A stretch of DNA of 36,155 nt from a virus (Duplodnaviria > Caudoviricetes): the IMG/VR virus record IMGVR_UViG_3300030708_001253, positions 1 through 36,155 of that record; one strand, 5' to 3'. The first letter of the stretch is position 1, and each line of letters starts with the position of its first letter. The notes under the pieces are model-generated. The model was not told where the DNA came from and did not search any database. It saw only the letters and a program-made list of their open reading frames with translations. Of the stretch, positions 29,094-36,154 are shown in pieces. Made by a program: the position numbers and the translations under genes.

Positions 29094-29197
29094 TTAATAC
29101 AAAACATTTTTGTGATTGCGGAAAAGAATTATATTGTAATTGTATTCCTTGTGAAGATTGCGGTGGCAACGAAGAAATGTGTACTTGTGGTAAATGA
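29090..29197 (+). CDS. 35-aa Cys-rich metallothionein-like microprotein
   Basis: MINTKHFCDCGKELYCNCIPCEDCGGNEEMCTCGK; ATGA overlaps at both ends; GGGAGA RBS. Confidence 0.75.
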   Translation: MINTKHFCDCGKELYCNCIPCEDCGGNEEMCTCGK

Positions 29198-29553
29198 AGA
29201 TTTCAGACAATACAGGTATTTCAATGCCACTCCGAAATTTGTTAAGCATACTCGGAGCAACAGCAATTGGAGTTTATGCTTACTTTGGCATAATTGAACG
29301 ATTAAATAATATAGAAACAAGAGCAACTTTATTTGAAGCAGACTTGTTAAAAGCTGCTGATCAAAAGCCAATTGATAATGAGCAATATATGTTGTTGGAG
29401 TTTTTATCAGGTCAGTTTGAAACAATAGAAGAAGAAATACAATTTATTGAATCCAATAATATTAACATCGAGTTTTTACAAAAGCAGGTATCAAAGCTGC
29501 AAACAGATGTTGAAGAATTAAAAGATAAGGTAAGAAACAATGGGAGTCATTGA
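29194..29553 (+). CDS. Membrane-anchored coiled-coil protein
   Basis: One hydrophobic segment then PIDNEQ.MLLE and a coiled coil. Confidence 0.7.
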   Translation: MKISDNTGISMPLRNLLSILGATAIGVYAYFGIIERLNNIETRATLFEADLLKAADQKPIDNEQYMLLEFLSGQFETIEEEIQFIESNNINIEFLQKQVSKLQTDVEELKDKVRNNGSH

Positions 29554-29776
29554 AACAGTTTTTGCACTTTGTATGTTTGTCAACGGATCGTTAGACGGAC
29601 ACATGATGACAGAAGGTTTATCTGGTTGTCTAAAAGCAAAAAGAGAAGCTGAAAGAAATTTAGCTGAAAATAGAACAAATGTCATTCGTTACGAATGCGG
29701 TCAGGTCAAAGCAGAATTACGACCAGATGCAGAAGGTAACATGAAAATTTATAAAATTGTAACGCACAAATATTAA
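29540..29776 (+). CDS. Conserved small Cys-containing protein
   Basis: ALCMF...LSGCLKAKREAER...YEC. Confidence 0.7.
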   Translation: MGVIETVFALCMFVNGSLDGHMMTEGLSGCLKAKREAERNLAENRTNVIRYECGQVKAELRPDAEGNMKIYKIVTHKY

Positions 29777-29785
29777 GGATAAGTT

Positions 29786-29995
29786 ATGGCAAAAGCAACT
29801 GCACAGACAAACAAGGATCTAATAAATAAATTAGATAAAGAGATCGCATTAATTAAAAAAGATATAAGTGTTATAAAATCAAATCATCTTTTTCATATTG
29901 AGAAATCAATAAAAAATATACAGATGATTATTTGGACAGTTGGATTTGCTGTGTTCACCAATCTTATTTTATTAGTTAGAAATCTATTGGTTTGA
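29786..29995 (+). CDS. Small protein with C-terminal TM helix (holin/haemolysin-like)
   Basis: IKSNHL.HIE then a hydrophobic helix. Confidence 0.6.
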   Translation: MAKATAQTNKDLINKLDKEIALIKKDISVIKSNHLFHIEKSIKNIQMIIWTVGFAVFTNLILLVRNLLV

Positions 29996-30282
29996 ATAAA
30001 AAACACCAGAAGGGTACTTCTTCTGAATTAGCTGCTGCCAAATATTTAAGCGACAAAGGTTATTATGTATTTTTTCGTTTAAGTGTTACATCACCAGTTG
30101 ACCTGGTTGCCGTTCATTCCAAAAAAAAAGAAGTATTACTTATAGACGTCAAAACAGTTTCTTTACGTTTAACAGGTAAGCATAAAGGTAAAAGAATAAA
30201 CAGGAGAGCTACACCTGAACAAAAAAAATTAGGTGTACATATTTTATATTATTATGGAAATAACAAATTTAAGCTTGATTGA
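29992..30282 (+). CDS. PD-(D/E)xK endonuclease (Hjc resolvase-like)
   Basis: KG..SEL.A..YL...GY.VF, PVDLVA, IDVKT. Confidence 0.75.
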   Translation: MNKKHQKGTSSELAAAKYLSDKGYYVFFRLSVTSPVDLVAVHSKKKEVLLIDVKTVSLRLTGKHKGKRINRRATPEQKKLGVHILYYYGNNKFKLD

Positions 30283-30703
30283 TGTTTGGAAACAACGCAT
30301 CAAAGAACACGAAGGATTTAGACTAGAGCCATACAATTTAAGTTATGGCAATGTAACAGAGTCTTTTCAAACAGGTGGCTATGGTCATAGAATTATACCT
30401 GGAGAAGAAATACCAACAACTAAAGAAGGTTGGGATAAAGTTTTTGACAAAGATTTTGAAACTGCTTTTGAAGGAGCAACAAGACTATGCCAAGATATGA
30501 AGATGCCAGATGAAAAGTTTGGTTGCTTTGTAGAACTAGCATTTTGGATTGGAGTAACTGGATTATCTAAATTTAAAAAAACTTTAGCACACGCAAAAAA
30601 TAACGAATGGAATGAATGTGCTGACGAACTTTTAAATTCTAAACTAGCAAGACAAGTGCCTGGAAGAAGCCAGGCATTAGCAAATATAATCAGAGGAGAA
30701 TAA
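30254..30703 (+). CDS. Endolysin, T4-type lysozyme (GH24)
   Basis: IKEHEGFRLEPY...TGGYGH; ELLNSK.A.QVP.R. Confidence 0.85.
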   Translation: MEITNLSLIDVWKQRIKEHEGFRLEPYNLSYGNVTESFQTGGYGHRIIPGEEIPTTKEGWDKVFDKDFETAFEGATRLCQDMKMPDEKFGCFVELAFWIGVTGLSKFKKTLAHAKNNEWNECADELLNSKLARQVPGRSQALANIIRGE

Positions 30704-30704
30704 T

Positions 30705-30815
30705 ATGTTTGATAAATTTATAGATTTTTGGACAGGATTAAAAAGATCAGTACAACTATTCCTTATGGGAGTTGGAGTGATTATCATTTTAATAATTTTA
30801 AACAGCATATTCTAG
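30705..30815 (+). CDS. 36-aa single-TM peptide in the lysis module
   Basis: GAGGAG RBS; LFLMGVGVIIILIIL hydrophobic run; not in the ORF track. Confidence 0.65.
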   Translation: MFDKFIDFWTGLKRSVQLFLMGVGVIIILIILNSIF

Positions 30816-30816
30816 T

Positions 30817-31200
30817 ATGTGGCAGTTATTAGCAAAACCATTATTAGGAGTTGTATCTGACGGAGTAAAAAGTTTTGCAGAAACAAAAAAAGCTAAAGCA
30901 GAGCAAAAGGTTTTAGAAATTAAAGCTAAATCTTCTTTAATGGAAAAAAAAATTAAAGGAGAAATTGATTGGGATATAGAAGCAATTAAAGGATCAAAAG
31001 ATTCATGGAAAGATGAATGGATTTTGGTTTTATGGAGTATTCCAATGATAATGATATGGATTCCACCTTTGCAAATATATGTTGAGTCAGGTTTTAATGC
31101 TTTAAAAAACAATGTACCTGATTGGTATTTTTGGACTTGGGGTGCAATCGTATCAGCAAGTTACGGCATCAAAGGTGCAACTAAATTTTTCAAAAGATGA
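30817..31200 (+). CDS. Holin-like membrane protein (SWKDEW family)
   Basis: DSWKDEW, two hydrophobic segments, PDWY...ASYGIKG; follows the lysozyme. Confidence 0.7.
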   Translation: MWQLLAKPLLGVVSDGVKSFAETKKAKAEQKVLEIKAKSSLMEKKIKGEIDWDIEAIKGSKDSWKDEWILVLWSIPMIMIWIPPLQIYVESGFNALKNNVPDWYFWTWGAIVSASYGIKGATKFFKR

Positions 31201-31484
31201 GAAAAGAACATAAAAGTAAAACTGGTGGTTTAACAGCAGCAGGTCGTAGGTACTTTAAAAGAAAAGAAGGTCTGAACTTAAAACCACCTGTTAAGTCTGG
31301 TGATAATCCTAGACGAGCAAGTTTCCTAGCAAGGATGGGAAATGCAAAAGGTCAGGAATACAAAGACGGAAAACCAACTCGATTGTTATTGTCATTACGC
31401 AAATGGGGAGCAAGTTCAAAAGCAGATGCAAGGAAGAAGGCAAAGGCAATCTCGAAGCGAAACAAAGCGAAGAAAAAGAGCTGA
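31197..31484 (+). CDS. DUF6321-like basic protein
   Basis: GGLTAAGR, NLKPPVKSGDNPRRASFLARM, SLRKWG. Confidence 0.75.
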   Translation: MRKEHKSKTGGLTAAGRRYFKRKEGLNLKPPVKSGDNPRRASFLARMGNAKGQEYKDGKPTRLLLSLRKWGASSKADARKKAKAISKRNKAKKKS

Positions 31485-31674
31485 ACAATACTACGAGTTA
31501 TTTCCTGAAAAGAAACCACAAGAATTACCTGGTGGTGAAAAAATGATGGATATTAAAAAAAGAAATCGTCAATGCAAAGAATGTGATCCAATTGATCTTA
31601 TTCTTAATATTGGTGATAAATGGATGTGTTTTAATTGTAAACATAGTCCGTACAGAGAGGATGAATGGATATGA
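31426..31674 (+). CDS. Small Zn-ribbon protein (start uncertain)
   Basis: CKEC...CFNC; stop overlaps the next ATG (ATGA). Confidence 0.55.
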   Translation: MQGRRQRQSRSETKRRKRAEQYYELFPEKKPQELPGGEKMMDIKKRNRQCKECDPIDLILNIGDKWMCFNCKHSPYREDEWI

Positions 31675-31900
31675 CGAAAAAAAAATCACGAGTAAACGAA
31701 GCAGGTAATTATACAAAACCTGCTATGCGTAAAAGATTATTTAATAAAATAAAAGCAGGATCGAAAGGTGGCAGACCAGGACAATGGTCTGGTCGGTGAT
31801 TTCCCCTGTGTCTTTGCACACAGGGGGGATCATTTTAAAACGAAAAGCACAAATGTTAGCCAAGCAGTATAAAGCTGCAGGTGGAGGATATAGAAACTAA
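31671..31900 (+). CDS. DUF5872 N-terminal-like basic protein interrupted by a 47-nt coding gap (bypass candidate or pseudogene)
   Basis: 31671-31796 encodes MTKKKSRVNEAGNYTKPAMRKRLFNKIKAGSKGGRPGQWSGR; 31844-31900 encodes KAQMLAKQYKAAGGGYRN in another frame. Confidence 0.8.
31797..31832 (+). other. 15-bp RNA hairpin beginning with the in-frame UGA
   Basis: TGATTTCCCCTGTGT-CTTTGC-ACACAGGGGGGATCA: 13 Watson-Crick plus 2 G-U pairs. Confidence 0.9.
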
Positions 31901-32031
31901 TGCCAAGAAGATTAAGCAAAAAACAAAAGAAGATTGATGTTGCTAGACCATTTGGAAAAATTACAGCAGCAGACTTTAAAAAATTAGGAAAGAAAAAGAA
32001 TGGCTCTAAAAAAAAGTCAAAGAAGTCTTAA
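31900..32031 (+). CDS. 43-aa Lys-rich microprotein
   Basis: MPRRLSKKQKKIDVARPFGKITAADFKKL...; TAATG overlap with the upstream stop; GGAGG RBS. Confidence 0.7.
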   Translation: MPRRLSKKQKKIDVARPFGKITAADFKKLGKKKNGSKKKSKKS

Positions 32032-32239
32032 AAATTGGACAAAGCAAAAATGGAGAACAAAGTCAGGTAAGAAAAGTAGTGAAACAGGTGAACGATATTT
32101 ACCTGAAGCTGCAATCAAATCTATGACAGCATCCGAATATGCTTCTACTACTAGAGCTAAACGTAGAGATACAAGACGAGGTAAACAACATTCTAAACAA
32201 CCAAAACGCATTGCCAAAAAAACTAGACGATTTAGGTGA
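32000..32239 (+). CDS. DUF5872-like basic protein (C-terminal domain)
   Basis: SLKNWTKQKWRTKSG...ERYLP..AI...GKQ. Confidence 0.8.
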   Translation: MALKKSQRSLKNWTKQKWRTKSGKKSSETGERYLPEAAIKSMTASEYASTTRAKRRDTRRGKQHSKQPKRIAKKTRRFR

Positions 32240-32778
32240 AGCGAACAATCACACAGGATATTTTAACCTGGTCTAAAAATTTTATTGAAAAGCCAAATAT
32301 AAATCTTGGTAACTTGCCAGTATGTCCGTTTGCCAAGAAAACTAGAGAAGAAGATAAATTAAAAATTGTAGAGATAAAAGACTCCAAAGATTTTCTCAAT
32401 GAAGTTGTTGACCAGGCAAAAAAATTTGGCAAATATGATGTTGTCATTGTTGCTTGTGCAGATCTTTACATAACAGCAGACGAATTAAACGATTATGTCC
32501 ATGCTCTTAATAAAGTCTTTGTAAGAGAAGATGTTTATTTAATCGCCAGTTATCCTGACGATGAAGAAATAGATTTCTTAGAAAGTGATGATTTTGAGCC
32601 AGACAATGAATTTTATATGGTTTTGATACAGAGCTATCAAAAGCTTGAAGATGGCAGTTCATCTTTAAGAAAAACTAACTATTACGAGCATTGGTCAAAT
32701 GATTATTTTGCAGATACCGTACTCGTAAGACAACAATACGGAGATATTCATGGCAAGAGGAATGAAGAAAAGAAGTAA
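32236..32778 (+). CDS. DUF1415-like acidic protein
   Basis: W...IE......PVCPFAK motif; YYEHW near the C-terminus. Confidence 0.6.
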   Translation: MKRTITQDILTWSKNFIEKPNINLGNLPVCPFAKKTREEDKLKIVEIKDSKDFLNEVVDQAKKFGKYDVVIVACADLYITADELNDYVHALNKVFVREDVYLIASYPDDEEIDFLESDDFEPDNEFYMVLIQSYQKLEDGSSSLRKTNYYEHWSNDYFADTVLVRQQYGDIHGKRNEEKK

Positions 32779-32857
32779 GAAAAAAGATGGTAAAATGATG
32801 TTTGGCAAAATGGTTAAAGCAAAAAAAGTTACCAAAAAAGGCAAAAAGAAAAAATAA
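32750..32857 (+). CDS. 35-aa Lys-rich microprotein
   Basis: MARGMKKRSKKKDGKMMFGKMVKAKKVTKKGKKKK (18 K/R); GGAGA RBS; TAATG overlap downstream. Confidence 0.65.
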   Translation: MARGMKKRSKKKDGKMMFGKMVKAKKVTKKGKKKK

Positions 32858-33069
32858 TGTTTAAAATTGTAGCTGTTGTATGTTTCCTGAACATTCAACC
32901 AAATACCAATCTGTGCTTGTATAATGCACAAATTGGCAGAGAGATTGAAGATTGGGAAACCTGCAATCAGCTAGTTGACGAGATCGTAGAAAGAGTGGAT
33001 CAGCCATTTAAAGATAAAGATGTGGCTGCTGCATTCTCTTGTCAATTTATTGCTTCTACTCCTATTTAA
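32857..33069 (+). CDS. Small Cys-containing protein
   Basis: Hydrophobic N-terminus and four Cys; coupled start. Confidence 0.6.
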   Translation: MFKIVAVVCFLNIQPNTNLCLYNAQIGREIEDWETCNQLVDEIVERVDQPFKDKDVAAAFSCQFIASTPI

Positions 33070-33095
33070 TTATGATATGGCTCTCCTTGTATTAG

Positions 33096-33185
33096 GGAGA
33101 GTTGGCAGAGTGGTTGAATGCACTAGTCTTGAAAACTAGCATAGATGCAAGTCTATCGAGAGTTCGAATCTCTCACTCTCCGCCA
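33096..33185 (+). tRNA. tRNA-Ser(TGA)
   Basis: Acceptor GGAGAGT/ACTCTCC, G discriminator, encoded CCA, anticodon arm CTAGT-CTTGAAA-ACTAG, long variable arm, GTTCGAATC T-loop. Confidence 0.95.
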
Positions 33186-33200
33186 CAAAAATATTTTTTT

Positions 33201-33372
33201 TATTTTCACTCTATTTTCACTCCTAGCACATAATTTTTCCCAGAATTCCTACCTCAAAAACGGTTTTCAAGACCGTATTTCACCCTTCTAATTTAACAAA
33301 ATCAAGCTATTCTCCCATATTTTCATACCTATTTATACTTCATTTTTTTTCTATTTTATGTTACTTTCACTC
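33201..33372. other. Putative attP (core 33260-33276 with arm-type repeats)
   Basis: Reverse complement of 33260-33276 is ACGGT-CTTGAAA-ACCGT, a tRNA-Ser(TGA) anticodon arm; TATTTTCACTC at 33201 and 33212, TACTTTCACTC at 33362; adjacent to the integrase. Confidence 0.65.
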
Positions 33373-33422
33373 TACATTTACACAATTAAATTTTCTTGTG
33401 TAGAGTAGATAAAGGAGTAGTT

Positions 33423-34646
33423 ATGAAAATTTGGAATGTAACACATCGTGGTAAAAAGGTTTACCAAGTTGTTATAAAATATGAAGATCCTAACGGATTA
33501 ACAAAGATAAAAAAATTCTTACATCCTAAAAGGTACATTGCTATTGAGAATGCTACTAAATGGGAAAAAGAATATAAGAATAAAACACCATCTTTGAGTG
33601 ATAATGGCTATACTATTGGTCATGTAAATACCAAACTTGAAAAAGAATGGGATAAGAGAATAGAGCTAAAACGTCTTGATGTTTTTGATCAAGAAGGTTT
33701 AGAAGAAGATACTGTTGAACGATATAAAGACAGTAGAAAAGCTTTATTTAAAATACTTGGTAATGGTGATGAAAAACAAGCAATTCACTTTCCATTGTCT
33801 AATATTACCTATGAATGGTATTCTGATTTTTTAGATGATATGTTTGCAAAGCATAAATTCTCTAAATCAAAGGCAAAAAGAGTAAGAAACTTTTTAAATA
33901 CTTTGTTGACAAAAGCAGAGCAATTAAACTGGTTTCAATCTCCACATCATAGGTATAAAGAGAAACCAACACAATATAGACCATTGCATCAACCAAGAGC
34001 AATGACACCGAAAGAAGCGAAAAAATTACTTATAAGTTTGGAAAAGACATTTAATAGTGCATTAAATCGTGATGAAATCGGTGATTATTCTGAGAATGGA
34101 TTTGCTCATAAATTTCAGGAATTGTCATTTATATTTATAATTCAATATCCAACTGGCATTCGATGGGGTGAAGCAGCAGGTTTATCTTACGAGGATTTTA
34201 ATTGGCATAACAAAACTATTACAATTAGAAATTCAAGAAATGTTAGAAATAGCAAGATAACACCAACAAAAGCTGCGAAATTGCGTGTCGCTGATGCTAT
34301 GATGGGTGAAAGAATAGTGCCAATACCGAAAAAACTAAAATATTTCTTTGACACATATACTCGTCAGAAATCTATAAAATCAGGTCATTTGTTCGATGTC
34401 GGTTATAAATACAGTTTAGATTATCTTAAATCTAAATGTGATAAACTTGGTTTTGATAGTAGTATCGTTGATACAAAGATGTTTAGACGATTTATTATAT
34501 CAGAATGGCAAAAAAGCGGAGTTGATTCAAGAACAATAGCACTTCGTGTAGGTCATAACGATACAAAGACACAAATTGGCTACGCAACCTTCTCCGATCC
34601 TAATGCACAGCAGGATATGAGCAAATTGATAGCTAGAATTTACTAA
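33423..34646 (+). CDS. int: Tyrosine recombinase / integrase
   Basis: TGIRWGE (R), PTKA (K), KMFRR, VGHND (H), TQIGYA (Y); AAGGAG RBS before ATG 33423. Confidence 0.9.
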   Translation: MKIWNVTHRGKKVYQVVIKYEDPNGLTKIKKFLHPKRYIAIENATKWEKEYKNKTPSLSDNGYTIGHVNTKLEKEWDKRIELKRLDVFDQEGLEEDTVERYKDSRKALFKILGNGDEKQAIHFPLSNITYEWYSDFLDDMFAKHKFSKSKAKRVRNFLNTLLTKAEQLNWFQSPHHRYKEKPTQYRPLHQPRAMTPKEAKKLLISLEKTFNSALNRDEIGDYSENGFAHKFQELSFIFIIQYPTGIRWGEAAGLSYEDFNWHNKTITIRNSRNVRNSKITPTKAAKLRVADAMMGERIVPIPKKLKYFFDTYTRQKSIKSGHLFDVGYKYSLDYLKSKCDKLGFDSSIVDTKMFRRFIISEWQKSGVDSRTIALRVGHNDTKTQIGYATFSDPNAQQDMSKLIARIY

Positions 34647-34654
34647 TTAACTTG

Positions 34655-34678
34655 GGAGGTCTAATCATACAGACCTCC
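34655..34678. terminator. Hairpin between convergent genes (putative terminator)
   Basis: GGAGGTCT-N8-AGACCTCC; no strong U tract. Confidence 0.5.
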
Positions 34679-34717
34679 TCCTTAAACCTCATTCTCGCTT
34701 AATTTATAGACACTTTT

Positions 34718-35071
34718 TTAGAAACATTTATGCAAATTATGGAGTTTTCGTAAATATCTTACCAAAGTTGATGCTTGTACCGTTCTTTCATTCTCCATTG
34801 ATGGATAAAGTTTTTTCACTCTAAAAGTTTTCATATCTTTATAAAAAATTAGCATTGCAGGAATTTTGCTTTGCCTAGCCAACTTCATTGTTGCCGTACA
34901 ATTTTTGTATGTTTGACCTTTGTCGTATGCGTGTTCGATCAGTAATAATGGCTGATAACATTTACTGCATACTTCAACCAGGTCTATATCAACAGCAGCT
35001 AAATTATCAATTGTTCTATGCCATTCGTTAAATGGATTACCCTTCTCAAAATAACTATATCTTGGATTCAC
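34718..35071 (-). CDS. Putative restriction-endonuclease-fold protein
   Basis: FNEWHR, DIDLVE, CxxC, PLLLIE motifs. Confidence 0.55.
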   Translation of the reverse strand: MNPRYSYFEKGNPFNEWHRTIDNLAAVDIDLVEVCSKCYQPLLLIEHAYDKGQTYKNCTATMKLARQSKIPAMLIFYKDMKTFRVKKLYPSMENERTVQASTLVRYLRKLHNLHKCF

Positions 35072-35231
35072 TTACACTTGTTGGAATGATAGATTTTAAT
35101 TTGTTTTTTAATTCAATATTTTCAACACGAAGTTTACTATTCTTATCGTATGCTTTTTCTAATTGTTTGCTGATAAATTTTAAATTAGTTTTTAATTCTT
35201 TAATTTGTTCTTCAGGATCTTGTTTAGGCAT
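35055..35231 (-). CDS. 58-aa coiled-coil protein
   Basis: MPKQDPEEQIKELK...; fills the gap in the leftward operon; not in the ORF track. Confidence 0.6.
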   Translation of the reverse strand: MPKQDPEEQIKELKTNLKFISKQLEKAYDKNSKLRVENIELKNKLKSIIPTSVSESKI

Positions 35232-35508
35232 CTTTATCTAGTAACCAAACCCTAAATCCACTTAAATTGTTGTTTTCATCTTTTATTCTGCGTGAAATAA
35301 CTTTGCCATTCATTTTTTTAGCTCTTTTCTGTAATATTTTTATAAAACTATCTACATTCTGTGGAAGCCATCTAACAGCATTGTGTTTATAAATAAATTT
35401 ATCTCTTGGAAAAAATACACTATCCCCAAAACTCATTTCTCTTACAACTCTCGTATTATTACTTTCTCGTTTTGGTTGCACAGGTATATTTTTTTCTATT
35501 TTAAGCAC
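35224..35508 (-). CDS. Conserved phage protein (IEKNIP...GDS.F...RVW), possibly DNA-binding
   Basis: Motif pattern; operon packing. Confidence 0.65.
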   Translation of the reverse strand: MLKIEKNIPVQPKRESNNTRVVREMSFGDSVFFPRDKFIYKHNAVRWLPQNVDSFIKILQKRAKKMNGKVISRRIKDENNNLSGFRVWLLDKDA

Positions 35509-35722
35509 TTATCCTTCCCTTTTCTGTAAGCTCTATACTTCTCCTGGTATTCTTTAACTTGGTTATGTACCCTCGCTTTTCTAAATAGTTGCAGCTATTG
35601 AAAACACTTGTAACATTTTTAATTTCACAACCTTTTCCTATCTCTTGTAATGTTGGAGAATAACTATTCTCATCCCAAAACTTATTGACATATTTTAATA
35701 TTTTACTTTGTCTTGGTGTCAT
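35501..35722 (-). CDS. LexA-like winged-HTH DNA-binding protein without a peptidase domain
   Basis: MTPRQ..IL...SPTLQEI......SV......LEKRGYI.....RRSIEL. Confidence 0.85.
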   Translation of the reverse strand: MTPRQSKILKYVNKFWDENSYSPTLQEIGKGCEIKNVTSVFNSCNYLEKRGYITKLKNTRRSIELTEKGRISA

Positions 35723-35919
35723 TTTCTTTTTTTTCTTTTTTTCTTTTTCTTTGTAAAAATAGGTTTATGTTTACCCATACCTTCAGGACTTAATTTTCCC
35801 ATTTGAAAACCGCCTTTTTTGACCATTGATTTAAAAATACCTTGATACATTTCTTCATTTTGTCCAACTTCAAATCCAGTTTGCAAACTTAATTCTGCAT
35901 TTTTTAATTTTACATTCAT
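35719..35919 (-). CDS. Hypothetical protein with a basic tail
   Basis: ATGA overlaps at both ends. Confidence 0.6.
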   Translation of the reverse strand: MNVKLKNAELSLQTGFEVGQNEEMYQGIFKSMVKKGGFQMGKLSPEGMGKHKPIFTKKKKKRKKRK

Positions 35920-36059
35920 GCTTTTACCTTTTTCTTTTTGTATTCAATTAGCTGCACAACTTTTTTAGAAATTTGTTTTTGTATACGAATTATTGGTAAA
36001 GGAAACTGATCCCATCCATATTTTTTACGCAATATTTTTTCAATTAAATCTGTGTTCAT
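35916..36059 (-). CDS. Hypothetical 47-aa protein
   Basis: MNTDLIEKILRKKYGWDQFP...; ATGA overlaps at both ends. Confidence 0.6.
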   Translation of the reverse strand: MNTDLIEKILRKKYGWDQFPLPIIRIQKQISKKVVQLIEYKKKKVKA

Positions 36060-36154
36060 AAATCACCATTCTTTTTCATTTGTAGTGCGTTGGTCATAGA
36101 TAGATATGCAGCTCCATCTATGTAATTATCTCTATTGTAAGTATCAGGATTAGA
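36056..36154 (-). CDS. DUF6378-like protein, C-terminal fragment
   Basis: SNPDTYNRDNYIDGAAYL matches the family D-x-x-x-D-x-x-x-Y motif. Confidence 0.6.
   Translation of the reverse strand, partial: SNPDTYNRDNYIDGAAYLSMTNALQMKKNGDL

Noticed and set aside
29112-29425. Track ORFs 29112-29297 (+) and 29129-29425 (-)
   Set aside because: They overlap the better-supported coupled genes 29090-29197 and 29194-29553
31797-31838. Selenocysteine/SECIS or simple stop readthrough at UGA plus hairpin
   Set aside because: In-frame readthrough hits TAA at 31836-38 and never reaches the conserved C-terminus, which is in another frame
31797-31843. Self-splicing group I or II intron
   Set aside because: 47 nt forming a single hairpin is far too small for a catalytic core
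33096-33185. tRNA as an opal suppressor for the TGA at 31797
   Set aside because: Anticodon UGA reads UCA (Ser); a suppressor would need anticodon UCA
33260-33276. Plus-strand stem-loop with TCA in the anticodon position, as a second tRNA (Sec or suppressor)
   Set aside because: No D-arm, T-arm or acceptor stem; the minus-strand loop CTTGAAA is the canonical Ser loop
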